Positions 1 through 8,457 of a stretch of DNA of 64,000 nucleotides are shown here, in pieces. The DNA is from a virus, in the IMG/VR virus record IMGVR_UViG_3300017783_000001; one strand, written 5' to 3'. Every line of letters starts with the position of its first letter. Position 1 is the first letter of the stretch. The notes beneath the pieces are model-generated. The model saw only the letters and a program-made list of their open reading frames with translations. It did not search any database and was not told where the DNA came from. The position numbers were made by a program, and so were the translations under genes.

Positions 1-388
1 ATTCTGCTTCTGTTTGATGTAAACCTTCTAAAATTTGAATAAACAAAGTTTCTTTTTTTACTTTGGATAGATTTTGGTCTGCACCTTTTACGAAATGCCA
101 AAGTCTCTTTGCTTCGGAATCAAGGAAAGTGTGTTCAGTACCTACAGGCGCTTCATTTGGAAGATATGGTGGGTTACCTTTTGGTAAGTCCCATTGTATT
201 TTCGGGTCAAATGCACCTTTTAGTATTTGTCTCAAAGAGACACTATCATACTGGCGTAGGATTTCTGTCTTCTTTGCCTTGTCTTTTGCATTGTTAACTT
301 TAGTTAGGATTTCGTGGTAAGTGAGAGCCATAGATGAAGAAGACATTGCTGCCATTTTCATACTTTGATTTATATTTTCATTTGCCAT
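1..388 (-). CDS. Conserved T4-like hypothetical protein downstream of rnh (truncated by window edge)
   Basis: Read manually: ATG at 388 after a GAGG SD; MANENINQSM...LKGAFDPKIQWDLPKGNPPY...; open to the window edge; absent from the ORF track. Confidence 0.75.
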   Translation of the reverse strand, partial: MANENINQSMKMAAMSSSSMALTYHEILTKVNNAKDKAKKTEILRQYDSVSLRQILKGAFDPKIQWDLPKGNPPYLPNEAPVGTEHTFLDSEAKRLWHFVKGADQNLSKVKKETLFIQILEGLHQTEAE

Positions 389-414
389 TTCATTTTCCTC
401 TTAATATTGCAATA

Positions 415-1278
415 TTAAAAATCATTAATGTGTTCAATCAACGATTTCAGTTTATTATCTATAAAGTAAGGTAGTAGTTTGGACCTACTTGGTACTTCAT
501 AGTCGTTATAGCTATTTATAATAGATTCTACCATAGCGTTAGGTATCTGGTCTAGGTCTATCAACTTCTTATTCCTATTGTAATATTTCTTTGTTTCTGA
601 ACCTAGTGGTATATCGTCAATCTGCGACCACTCTTCTAGTTTCTTCTTTGTAATAGGACTTTGTTTTGTCTTTGTAATAAAGACATCATCTGCTGATAGG
701 ATATTAGGTATTCCGTCTGACCTATCGCCTTTGATAATCTGTTCGTGTAAGTATCTAGTTGGATTATCTTCAACAACCATATGTTTCTGTATTGGACTAT
801 ATTGACTTACATTACTATACTTCTGTAATTGTTTGAAGTCTTTATCGCCTGATATAATTAGATACTTGTCTTCTGTCTGCATTTTAACAATGGTAGCGAT
901 AATATCATCTGCTTCTGCATTGTCAATAGCGATTACTTTGTAAGGAAAGTTCTCTTTTAATTCTTCTTTGATTTCCCATATGAGATTAAATAGGTTATCC
1001 CAATCGTTTGTACTCTCTTCTCTACTTGTCTTACGACTTGCTTTGTATTGAGGAAAGAAGTCTCGTCTCCAAGGATTACCACTATCACAAGCAAGTACTA
1101 AATCTTTTCCGTATTCACTACTAAACTTTCTAATGTATCCTTTAATTGAATTACATACCATATATCTAACCATTTCTTTGTTGGCAATACCTTGTTGATT
1201 GCCTTTCTGGTAAGATACTCTACTCATTTGTGCCATCAGATTACTAATAAGCACTTGGTGTAAATCAACTATAATCAT
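415..1278 (-). CDS. rnh: T4-like RNase H / 5'-3' exonuclease
   Basis: MIIVD, LACD, WRRDFFPQYKASR, EADDIIA, ISGDKDFKQL, GDRSDGIPN motifs. Confidence 0.95.
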   Translation of the reverse strand: MIIVDLHQVLISNLMAQMSRVSYQKGNQQGIANKEMVRYMVCNSIKGYIRKFSSEYGKDLVLACDSGNPWRRDFFPQYKASRKTSREESTNDWDNLFNLIWEIKEELKENFPYKVIAIDNAEADDIIATIVKMQTEDKYLIISGDKDFKQLQKYSNVSQYSPIQKHMVVEDNPTRYLHEQIIKGDRSDGIPNILSADDVFITKTKQSPITKKKLEEWSQIDDIPLGSETKKYYNRNKKLIDLDQIPNAMVESIINSYNDYEVPSRSKLLPYFIDNKLKSLIEHINDF

Positions 1279-1544
1279 TATGCACTTCTTCTACTTGCTT
1301 CTAATTTTGCTTTTGCAGCTGCTCTCTTCTTTTCTATTTTAAGAGCTTGTCTTACTTTTCTACCAATAGGTATCATAATACTATGACACATTTCTTTACC
1401 TTTTTTACTGATATATTCAACACTTATCATTCTGTCTTTGAAGTCGTTTTGAACAGACATAGTTGCCTTCTTCAAACTCATTGCTTCTTTTTCTTTTTCG
1501 TCACCTGCTTCATTCCAAAACTTAAATATTCTCATTTTTGCCAT
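1278..1544 (-). CDS. Hypothetical basic protein
   Basis: 88 aa, translationally coupled to rnh. Confidence 0.7.
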   Translation of the reverse strand: MAKMRIFKFWNEAGDEKEKEAMSLKKATMSVQNDFKDRMISVEYISKKGKEMCHSIMIPIGRKVRQALKIEKKRAAAKAKLEASRRSA

Positions 1545-1748
1545 TTATATATCCGTCCTTACTATATGTTTTCTCAATTCTTTTACAAAAAATTCTACCT
1601 TGTCAATGTATTCAATTAATGTTTTATCTGTTATGTAATGCTGTTTCTCTTTTAGTTTATCATATTCTTTTAATGGTATCTGCACCATAGGACTAGGTGC
1701 TGGTACTTCATTCTCAAAAGATTTGTCAACTGAATTATCGTCTGTCAT
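1545..1748 (-). CDS. Hypothetical protein
   Basis: 67 aa, AAGGA SD. Confidence 0.7.
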   Translation of the reverse strand: MTDDNSVDKSFENEVPAPSPMVQIPLKEYDKLKEKQHYITDKTLIEYIDKVEFFVKELRKHIVRTDI

Positions 1749-1770
1749 ATATTCCTTTTTAAGTTAAAAT

Positions 1771-1852
1771 GTGGAGGCGAGTTCCACTCTCGCTTTCCTC
1801 GCCTCACACAACTCTATGTAAGCATCCCGCTAGGTAATCTTACTATTGAGTT
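1771..1852 (-). terminator. Two tandem stem-loops; the second is terminator-like
   Basis: AACUC/GAGUU plus GUAAG/CUUAC stem, then GAGGCGAG/CUCGCCUC stem followed by AUUUU. Confidence 0.5.
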
Positions 1853-1854
1853 CA

Positions 1855-2157
1855 TTATGCTGTGTAAGCGACTTGTTTGCCGAATACAGCATTGATACCA
1901 GCAGCGATTACTGCTTTTGATGGTGTACCAACTCTATATGAAACGCCTTTAGATGACCTATTTTCATAAATCATTAAACCTTCGTTTCTTAATTTACCAA
2001 CCATTGCAGCCGGTGATTTAAGGTCGTATGTGTTTCTCAATTGTTTCCAAGAAACATCTGAACCTTTGTTGAAAAGATTTCTAATCTTTTCTGTTTTTGA
2101 TAGCTTAGTTCTAGCCATAGTTTTATCTCCTTTAGATAATTTAAAAATGTTAAACAT
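1855..2157 (-). CDS. Small basic winged-HTH-like DNA-binding protein
   Basis: KTEKIRNLF...AAMVGKLRNEGLMIY...SYRVG pattern; two in-frame starts, each with an AAGGAG SD. Confidence 0.6.
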   Translation of the reverse strand: MFNIFKLSKGDKTMARTKLSKTEKIRNLFNKGSDVSWKQLRNTYDLKSPAAMVGKLRNEGLMIYENRSSKGVSYRVGTPSKAVIAAGINAVFGKQVAYTA

Positions 2158-2266
2158 AATTGTTTAACCTCCTTTTCAAGTTTGATTTTAATGTCTTGTC
2201 TGACAACTTGCTATGGTCTATCGCATTATAATGGTATTCCATAGACAAATTCCTTATTAAGTACTC

Positions 2267-2295
2267 ATTATACACTAACTCGTATAGCTTGTCAA
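2267..2295 (-). promoter_or_regulatory. Sigma70-type early promoter
   Basis: TTGACA-N17-TATAAT, perfect consensus. Confidence 0.85.
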
Positions 2296-2307
2296 GCACT
2301 AAATTCA

Positions 2308-2901
2308 TTACTTCTGTGGTCCTTCAGGATCCGGGTCTGGAAAATCGCCGTGTAAATCGTCATCATCTTCCGGTCCTTCTTGTCCTGGGTAATCTGGTGT
2401 AAAATCAAAATTTTCTGTAAACTGGAACATACCATTGTTCCTATCGTTTAGTTCATCTGATACATCTTTGTTTAGAGGTCTGGTAGTCATTGTTATCTCA
2501 TCTGACATATTCGCATATTCAATACGAGCAGTAACCACACCTTTCTTATTCATCTTCAATTTAACAGCATAGTCTACTACCTTTTGAATAGGGTGTGCTA
2601 TATTAAATTGTCTGTACAAGAGACCTCGTACAGCGTCCATTGACATTGCAAGGTCTTTTGTAAATACATCTTGTTTAGTATCTAATCCCATTTGTACAAA
2701 TCTTCTTATCAAATCTAATCCGATTTCATCTGTCGCTGTTTCTACAAACTTTGCAGCTTGATAGTCTCGCATTTTCTCTTGTGCCTTTGGGTCAACATCA
2801 ACACGCTTCTTTGCCATCTTATTTTCTGGAAATAAAATTACATTCTCATAATCATTCTTTTTATCATCACTCACTAATCTTATTCCCTTTGAAGTCAACA
2901 A
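2308..2901 (-). CDS. Hypothetical protein with acidic C-terminus
   Basis: 197-aa ORF; true start may be the GTG near 2874. Confidence 0.75.
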   Translation of the reverse strand: MLTSKGIRLVSDDKKNDYENVILFPENKMAKKRVDVDPKAQEKMRDYQAAKFVETATDEIGLDLIRRFVQMGLDTKQDVFTKDLAMSMDAVRGLLYRQFNIAHPIQKVVDYAVKLKMNKKGVVTARIEYANMSDEITMTTRPLNKDVSDELNDRNNGMFQFTENFDFTPDYPGQEGPEDDDDLHGDFPDPDPEGPQK

Positions 2902-3175
2902 GTCCTTGCTTGTTATAATGTTCTATCAACTGATTATAACCGCCAACTAACTCGTCATTGATTTTAATTTGAGGCATTGACCTAACATTTTTACCTATGT
3001 CTTTTATCATTGCCTCAGGACTTTCAAACTCTTTCAAGTTTTTTTCTTCATATTTGAAACCAAGGCCTTTAATTAAGGCCTTAGCTTTAACACAAAATGG
3101 ACAATTGTCTTTTGTGTAGACAACTATACTATTCGCTTTTGCCATCTTTTTTTGCCTTTGCTGTGTCTTCAACAC
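2867..3175 (-). CDS. nrdC: Glutaredoxin
   Basis: CPFC active site, SMPQI, VGGY; probable start MAKANS. Confidence 0.9.
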   Translation of the reverse strand: MLKTQQRQKKMAKANSIVVYTKDNCPFCVKAKALIKGLGFKYEEKNLKEFESPEAMIKDIGKNVRSMPQIKINDELVGGYNQLIEHYNKQGLVDFKGNKISE

Positions 3176-3779
3176 TTTTGAAGGCTTCAGCAGCTTTTAG
3201 TTTAAGTTTATGACTATCAACAATTTCTGCAATTGTGTAATCGTACATTTTATTAAACTCACCAAGTGGTAGTCTTAAACCTATCCACGCTCTATAGTAA
3301 CCGTTCTTTGTTCTAGTTACCTCTTGTGCAAAGATTTCATATCCTCTCACTGGTGTATTCGCAATGACATTTACCATCGCTGTTTCTACTTCTGTAACCA
3401 CGGTCTTAACATTTGTTTTACCTATTTCGGTTACAAAGATTTTCGCCTTCTTGTTCATTTCACCTGCAACAATATCAGCCATTTCTGCTTTCGCAATCAA
3501 CTTCGCTTTCTCAATCGCAAGTTCTAATGATGGTGATACACTAGTACCAACTCCGAAGATACAAGTCTTCTCATCATCATCTGTTTTGACAATGCCATTG
3601 TTTGCCCACATAGATATGTCGCAATGTTTAGCATTATCAAAGTCCGCCATATACCAAGACGGCACTTCGTTAACTAACTTGTCTGTCTCTTGCTTAATTT
3701 TATAAGTCTTTGACGAACAAGCATTTAGGCCAATTATTAGAACGCCTAAAAGTCCTATCTTCATTATGTTTTTATACAT
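3129..3779 (-). CDS. LPP20-like lipoprotein
   Basis: Lipobox LNAC, VPSWY, GVGTS, LAIEKAKLIAKAEMA. Confidence 0.7.
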   Translation of the reverse strand: MYKNIMKIGLLGVLIIGLNACSSKTYKIKQETDKLVNEVPSWYMADFDNAKHCDISMWANNGIVKTDDDEKTCIFGVGTSVSPSLELAIEKAKLIAKAEMADIVAGEMNKKAKIFVTEIGKTNVKTVVTEVETAMVNVIANTPVRGYEIFAQEVTRTKNGYYRAWIGLRLPLGEFNKMYDYTIAEIVDSHKLKLKAAEAFKSVEDTAKAKKDGKSE

Positions 3780-3927
3780 TGTTTTTCACACTCCTAACTA
3801 CATTATATAACATTTCACTCAACTTGTCAATAAGCTGGTTTTCCTCAACATATGCAACAACATCCGTTGTAGACATACCTGTTATTAACATAAAAAGGAG
3901 GCCTAATATGATTATATTTTTAATCAT
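3772..3927 (-). CDS. Small membrane protein (51 aa)
   Basis: Read manually: MIKNIIILGLLFMLITG...; fills the gap between flanking ORFs. Confidence 0.6.
   Translation of the reverse strand: MIKNIIILGLLFMLITGMSTTDVVAYVEENQLIDKLSEMLYNVVRSVKNNV
3802..3830 (-). promoter_or_regulatory. Sigma70-type promoter for the lipoprotein/glutaredoxin genes
   Basis: TTGACA-N17-TATAAT. Confidence 0.8.
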
Positions 3928-4511
3928 TATCTTCTCTCCCAATTACCCTCATTTGTTAAACACGCTCTTCCGAAGGATTTGAAGGCGTGTGAAGGTTGAG
4001 AATACAACCTACAATATTCTGGAGCATTCATATCTTTATAATAGAAAGCTGCAAATAGTTCCCAATAACCAGGTTTCTTTGCTTTCTCTAACTCTATCAT
4101 TTTCTCCAGTTCTTTAATTCTTTCTTTGTCTGTTCTACCGTGTTCAGTATCAGCACATTCCATAATTTCTTCTTTTACAATAGTCTTATCGTCTAATTCT
4201 CTTATAACAATCTTAATGAAACACCATTGACCGTCTCTTTCAAATCTATCTAAAACTTTTGAAGAAAGTATACCATTGTCTTCATTGTGTTTCCATTCTT
4301 TTAATTTCTGTTCTACCTTTTCGTGTGTATCAGATATATATACTTTGTCTACAGGAGCACTATTTACTTGGCTCTCTTCTTTGTAAGTAATAGGTTTAGG
4401 TAAGATTTCTTTAACAAACAAATCTTCATCTACTGCATATGCAATGTTTGTAAAAAATACAACTAATGCAATCATAGTCATATATAAAGTTATTCTCAAA
4501 GGTGTCATCAT
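3927..4511 (-). CDS. Exported protein with C-terminal CRxY...GRAC..xGxW module
   Basis: Signal peptide (AYA); Cys pairs resembling the 17-kDa antigen C-terminus. Confidence 0.65.
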   Translation of the reverse strand: MMTPLRITLYMTMIALVVFFTNIAYAVDEDLFVKEILPKPITYKEESQVNSAPVDKVYISDTHEKVEQKLKEWKHNEDNGILSSKVLDRFERDGQWCFIKIVIRELDDKTIVKEEIMECADTEHGRTDKERIKELEKMIELEKAKKPGYWELFAAFYYKDMNAPEYCRLYSQPSHAFKSFGRACLTNEGNWERR

Positions 4512-4738
4512 TTTATACTCTTTCTCATTTCTGTTTGATTGTTTACAAATACTCTAATAAGCCTTGATACATCTACTTCGTATGGTTTAAAACTTTTAGG
4601 GTCTGTAAATTTGACTTTCAAATCATTAACAGGTCTTATTATTGTTCCGTGTTCATCAACAACAACGGCGTCATCTGTATTTTTTCTCCAGTCGTGTGAA
4701 GAATAAACTTGCTTTGCCATTATCGTTTCTCCACCCAT
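4508..4738 (-). CDS. Hypothetical protein
   Basis: 76 aa; probable start MAKQVY. Confidence 0.65.
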   Translation of the reverse strand: MGGETIMAKQVYSSHDWRKNTDDAVVVDEHGTIIRPVNDLKVKFTDPKSFKPYEVDVSRLIRVFVNNQTEMRKSIK

Positions 4739-5298
4739 CTACCATCAGGCATTTGGCATACAACTCCAAACCTTGTATCAATATCATTGTTTGCGATACC
4801 AACAACAGGCCAAGAGTTCTTAATATTAAAACTACTTTCGTACTCTTTACAGATAATAGGACCTTGTGCATAACTTCTGTTAATCTTTATAGTACCATTA
4901 CTACCTGTTTTACTATTTAACCAATTACTATAACTTGCACTACCAGGACCATTGTTTAAATGGTCTACAAATACTGCATTGTGTAAATCATAATCACTAT
5001 CATATAGTAATTCAGCACCGGCAAATGCACCTACTACAGCACACGCAGCCGCCACATAAGGGTCTTGTGATAAAAGTTCTACACAAGTCATAGCACCTGT
5101 AGTACCACCGACTACTGCACCTAAATGACTTCTGTTAAAATTAAATCCTTTAGTGTTGTTCACATCTTGGTGTTTTGTACTACAGGCACCAAGTGTAAAA
5201 CTAATTACTAAAATCAAAATTATTTTTTCTAATTTCATCACATACCTTTCTTTGGTTTTTACTATCAATAATACAGAAGTCTTGTGCCGTATTATCAA
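4720..5298 (-). CDS. Glycine-zipper lipoprotein, RT0821/17-kDa surface antigen-like
   Basis: Lipobox LGAC (start MKLEK), glycine zipper GAVVGG..GAFAG, W.N..TG..G, CKEY, C.MPDGRW. Confidence 0.8.
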   Translation of the reverse strand: MIIRHKTSVLLIVKTKERYVMKLEKIILILVISFTLGACSTKHQDVNNTKGFNFNRSHLGAVVGGTTGAMTCVELLSQDPYVAAACAVVGAFAGAELLYDSDYDLHNAVFVDHLNNGPGSASYSNWLNSKTGSNGTIKINRSYAQGPIICKEYESSFNIKNSWPVVGIANNDIDTRFGVVCQMPDGRWVEKR

Positions 5299-5407
5299 CT
5301 ACATATTTTTTTCTCATATCATTATCTTTCCACCAGACCTCAGCTCTCGCTGTTATAGGTCTGATTAAGAAAGTGCCGTCATTGGCAGAAGTTAGATGAA
5401 AATCCAT
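5201..5407 (-). CDS. Hypothetical protein
   Basis: Likely starts at MDFHLTS; the longer track ORF overlaps the upstream gene. Confidence 0.6.
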   Translation of the reverse strand: MDFHLTSANDGTFLIRPITARAEVWWKDNDMRKKYVVDNTAQDFCIIDSKNQRKVCDEIRKNNFDFSN

Positions 5408-5411
5408 CTGA

Positions 5412-5657
5412 CTACTTAACTCCAAACAACGATTTAAGTTGTGCCCAATTTTGAGCAGTTTGCTGTTTTGCATTTGCCCAACTTTCAGCTTGATATTCTT
5501 TTGTCTTCTCAACTTCGTTAGTTAAGAAAACGACTACTTTGCCTGGCATTTCAACTACTGCATTACCAAACTCTTGTGGTGTTATAGTCTTTGTCTCATT
5601 CGCATTGGCACTTGATATGCCAAATACGATTACGCATAATATAAGTATCTTGTTCAT
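5412..5657 (-). CDS. Small exported protein
   Basis: Signal peptide ending ANA. Confidence 0.7.
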   Translation of the reverse strand: MNKILILCVIVFGISSANANETKTITPQEFGNAVVEMPGKVVVFLTNEVEKTKEYQAESWANAKQQTAQNWAQLKSLFGVK

Positions 5658-6022
5658 ACTTTCCTTCCCATTGTTTTAATATCAGCAATGTCTACAACTT
5701 GGTAGTTACCTTTGTTGTATGCAATACTAATTGTTTTTCCTGCAGGTAATTTAGGTTTCAATACCTCTCTCTTCGTAGCACCTGCAATAATATTATTACT
5801 ACAAGGTATTGAAGGTCTTACTGAATAGTCAGGAAAAGGATAACCTTTAAACTCGTTAATCACTCTACCTTGACTATCTAACTTAACTCCGATAGACTTC
5901 AACCATTTCAAATGTTTTGTTCTTGCTATCTGGTTTCGCATATCTTTAGTTAAGTAAGTCGCTTTTGTCTTTGCCATATTGTTTACTCTCAAATGCTTTT
6001 TGTTCTGCATAAGTTTTACCAA
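5654..6022 (-). CDS. Hypothetical basic protein
   Basis: AYNKGNYQV C-terminal motif typical of marine T4-like early proteins; probable start MAKTKA. Confidence 0.7.
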   Translation of the reverse strand: MVKLMQNKKHLRVNNMAKTKATYLTKDMRNQIARTKHLKWLKSIGVKLDSQGRVINEFKGYPFPDYSVRPSIPCSNNIIAGATKREVLKPKLPAGKTISIAYNKGNYQVVDIADIKTMGRKV

Positions 6023-6260
6023 ACACTTTTAAATAGAAGTGGTCTCTAGGATTAGGTGCCTGATATGCAAGTATCAAATTATCAAATTGTGTTTGTTTGA
6101 TACCTATATTTCTCATAGAAGAAGGATGTTCTTTCTTCAATGATTTCATTTCTTTTAAGAAAGCAATACGATTGTCGTATTTCTCTTTCTTACCTTTTTG
6201 GTCTTTGATTGTCGCCGTCTTAAATTCACTAAACATCATTTCTTTTGTGTATGTAAACAT
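5946..6260 (-). CDS. Hypothetical protein
   Basis: 104 aa, GGAGG SD, directly downstream of a promoter. Confidence 0.75.
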   Translation of the reverse strand: MFTYTKEMMFSEFKTATIKDQKGKKEKYDNRIAFLKEMKSLKKEHPSSMRNIGIKQTQFDNLILAYQAPNPRDHFYLKVFGKTYAEQKAFESKQYGKDKSDLLN

Positions 6261-6293
6261 AATTAAGTCCTCCCATTTTCATTAATTGATATA

Positions 6294-6322
6294 ATAGTAT
6301 CACAAACCTGATTAGTTGTCAA
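6294..6322 (-). promoter_or_regulatory. Sigma70-type promoter
   Basis: GCTTGACA-N17-TACTAT. Confidence 0.75.
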
Positions 6323-6360
6323 GCTGCCAATAAACCCACATTTTACACTATTTTTAGGAA

Positions 6361-6408
6361 AAACGAGGGGCCTAGAGGGCGCTGTAGAGGGTTTGGGATA
6401 GTCCCGTG
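6361..6408. repeat. GC-rich four-G-tract element, copy 1 (copy 2 at 54561-54608)
   Basis: aaacgaGGGGcctagaGGGcgctgtagaGGGtttGGGatagtcccgtg; aligns ungapped with copy 2. Confidence 0.8.
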
Positions 6409-6431
6409 TATGATTGCTCATTGGGATTTTA

Positions 6432-6671
6432 CTACTTTTTTGCACTTTTCTTCTTCTTTCTTTTTCCAGTCAAGTAATGTACTTGCTGTTTCTTTTTAAA
6501 TTTAAGAGGTAATTCCATCTGACTATTCTTTTCAGATTTTCTAATATAACTCTTAATATTCTTCATTAAGTTATTACATATCTTTCTACAAGATGATAAC
6601 TCAATGAGCATATAAACCATACCGCCTCCTACAATAGAAAGTAATATGATTGTAAACATAGCGTCTTGCAT
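6432..6671 (-). CDS. Hypothetical membrane-anchored basic protein
   Basis: N-terminal TM, Lys-rich tail. Confidence 0.65.
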   Translation of the reverse strand: MQDAMFTIILLSIVGGGMVYMLIELSSCRKICNNLMKNIKSYIRKSEKNSQMELPLKFKKKQQVHYLTGKRKKKKSAKK

Positions 6672-6680
6672 ATTGTCTCC

Positions 6681-6893
6681 TTATCTTATATCGTCAAAAG
6701 GATCATTTGCTAAATCTCCTAATGGCATTTTGTTAGTGTCTTTTGGTGCATATTCAGCTTCAAAGTCTGCGACTTCTTTTTCTCTATATGCAATACCTTC
6801 ATCAACCTTCTTAATGGCCATTGGTACATTGCCACTTTGAAGTTGGTCTTTGATTTCTTTTAGTTCTTCAATGACCGTCATTACATCAATCAT
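6681..6893 (-). CDS. Hypothetical protein
   Basis: 70 aa, part of an early small-gene cluster. Confidence 0.7.
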   Translation of the reverse strand: MIDVMTVIEELKEIKDQLQSGNVPMAIKKVDEGIAYREKEVADFEAEYAPKDTNKMPLGDLANDPFDDIR

Positions 6894-6898
6894 TTTTT

Positions 6899-7189
6899 CT
6901 ACTTACCCTCTTTGCTATCGTTTTCTAAATTGATACTAATATCTATATCACTCTTATTCTTCTCGGTCAGGTTGTCTTCAATCTGACTAAAATAACACCA
7001 GTGTGTTCCTGTCTCTCCTGAATAGGTAACAGCACCTGTATAGTTTAAATCTGTATCATATGTTTGGGCATTCAAACTTGTGTCGTTCTCAGCCGCAATA
7101 TCAGTTTTTTCTGTTGCGATACCGATATTAATTATCTCGCCAGTTCTTCCGTGATTACCTAAAATTGTATCTCCTACATTAATTATCAT
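6899..7189 (-). CDS. Hypothetical protein (SH3/KOW-like N-terminus)
   Basis: INVGDTI...GRTGEI. Confidence 0.65.
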   Translation of the reverse strand: MIINVGDTILGNHGRTGEIINIGIATEKTDIAAENDTSLNAQTYDTDLNYTGAVTYSGETGTHWCYFSQIEDNLTEKNKSDIDISINLENDSKEGK

Positions 7190-7610
7190 TCTTATATCCT
7201 CCTACTAGTTTATTCAAATGTTTGTGTTCATATTGTTGTGTTAACATTGGTGCAAAATCGTATTTAAAGAATTGTCTACCATTCCATAGTTGACCATAAT
7301 CGTTAAATAAAGCGTTGTCTTTATCTATAACAACATCTTCACCAAATACATCTTCGTAAGTTTCATAATACTTGTCGCCGTGTATCATTTCAACTTTACT
7401 ACTACCTGTAGCGTTTACAGCACTTTCTGTATAGTGTTTGTCGCAATAGGTTTTAATTCTTTTTTGAAATTCTTTGTCGTTTAGTCTATTCAACTGACTT
7501 AAAGGAACATTTCTAAAGATAGTGTGATAGATGTGGAAGTATTCCATATCTTCTTCATCATAGTATTCAATACCGTAAACTAAATTTAAACTAGAACCTT
7601 TTGTCATCAT
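7179..7610 (-). CDS. Hypothetical protein
   Basis: 143-aa ORF. Confidence 0.7.
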   Translation of the reverse strand: MMTKGSSLNLVYGIEYYDEEDMEYFHIYHTIFRNVPLSQLNRLNDKEFQKRIKTYCDKHYTESAVNATGSSKVEMIHGDKYYETYEDVFGEDVVIDKDNALFNDYGQLWNGRQFFKYDFAPMLTQQYEHKHLNKLVGGYKNDN

Positions 7611-7683
7611 TATGATAGTACCTTTCTCAATAGTATTATTATAGTCATCATTGTAAACATCATTATAAAAAAACTAGTAATCA

Positions 7684-7824
7684 TTAAGTCAACCTCACCA
7701 AGATTATTACTTGTAAAACTAAAATTGCAATCGGTATGATAGTTCTAATAAATTCCATAGTGTGATTGTATTCGTCTAGTTTTCTCTCAAATTTATTTCT
7801 TTTTTTATCTTTATAATTTTTCAT
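7684..7824 (-). CDS. Small C-terminally anchored membrane protein (46 aa)
   Basis: Read manually: MKNYKDKKRNKFERKLDEYNHTMEFIRTIIPIAILVLQVIILVRLT; TAATG coupling. Confidence 0.6.
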   Translation of the reverse strand: MKNYKDKKRNKFERKLDEYNHTMEFIRTIIPIAILVLQVIILVRLT

Positions 7825-8030
7825 TAAGCGAATAAACCTGAATTGTTTTCAGCAGTTTCTATTACTTCATCAACATTGTACTCATCAATTGACATCAAGT
7901 CAATACCATCTGTTTTTAAGATTTCAGATTTACATTTGTTGTAGTCAATATCACCTTTAGTATATTTCTCTAAAAGTTTGTCTACTGCTTTTTCAGCTTC
8001 GTCCCAATAGTATTGCATTACTTTACTCAT
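7824..8030 (-). CDS. Hypothetical protein
   Basis: 68 aa, AAGGAG SD, first gene after a promoter. Confidence 0.75.
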   Translation of the reverse strand: MSKVMQYYWDEAEKAVDKLLEKYTKGDIDYNKCKSEILKTDGIDLMSIDEYNVDEVIETAENNSGLFA

Positions 8031-8082
8031 AGTGTGGTTCTCCTTTGTTATTTAATTGTTCTTTTGTCTTATTCATACTCAT

Positions 8083-8125
8083 ATAATACATCATTTCGCA
8101 ATCATTGTCAAGCAAAAAACGAGCA
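8083..8125 (-). promoter_or_regulatory. Sigma70 promoter with upstream TGCTC box
   Basis: TGCTC-N7-GCTTGACA-N17-TATTAT. Confidence 0.8.
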
Positions 8126-8130
8126 TATTA

Positions 8131-8412
8131 TTAAAATAAATACCCTAATTTATAACATATTCCAACGATTGAAACGATAGAAAGTGTCAAATTTGTGATT
8201 ATTAAGGATAGTTCTTTCCACATAATACCTACGATACACCATATCAACCCTCCTAGCACCATTACTAGAGGGCCTAAAGGGTATATTCCAAGTGAATTAA
8301 TACCTGTTCCAAGTATCAAAGTGAAGGTTCCTAACCATTTTAGTGTGTTTTGTATAGTGTGTTTTTTCATCATATATACATAATACCATACTTTTAATAG
8401 TATGTCAAGCAC
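8131..8412 (-). CDS. Small 3-TM membrane protein (PnuC/SemiSWEET half-like)
   Basis: Three hydrophobic helices; probable start MMKKHT. Confidence 0.6.
   Translation of the reverse strand: MLDILLKVWYYVYMMKKHTIQNTLKWLGTFTLILGTGINSLGIYPLGPLVMVLGGLIWCIVGIMWKELSLIITNLTLSIVSIVGICYKLGYLF
8380..8408 (-). promoter_or_regulatory. Sigma70-type promoter
   Basis: GCTTGACA-N17-TATTAT. Confidence 0.75.
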
Positions 8413-8457
8413 TTTTTTGGTTATTTTTGAAGTTTTTTTGTTGATTTTACTGACTTT

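Noticed and set aside
512-519. TATAAATA inside rnh
   Set aside because: Lies within a CDS in AT-rich DNA; it could serve the downstream gene but cannot be told from chance
6263-6445. 60-aa minus-strand ORF
   Set aside because: Runs across the G-tract element and a promoter, and is not conserved as a frame at copy 2; likely non-coding
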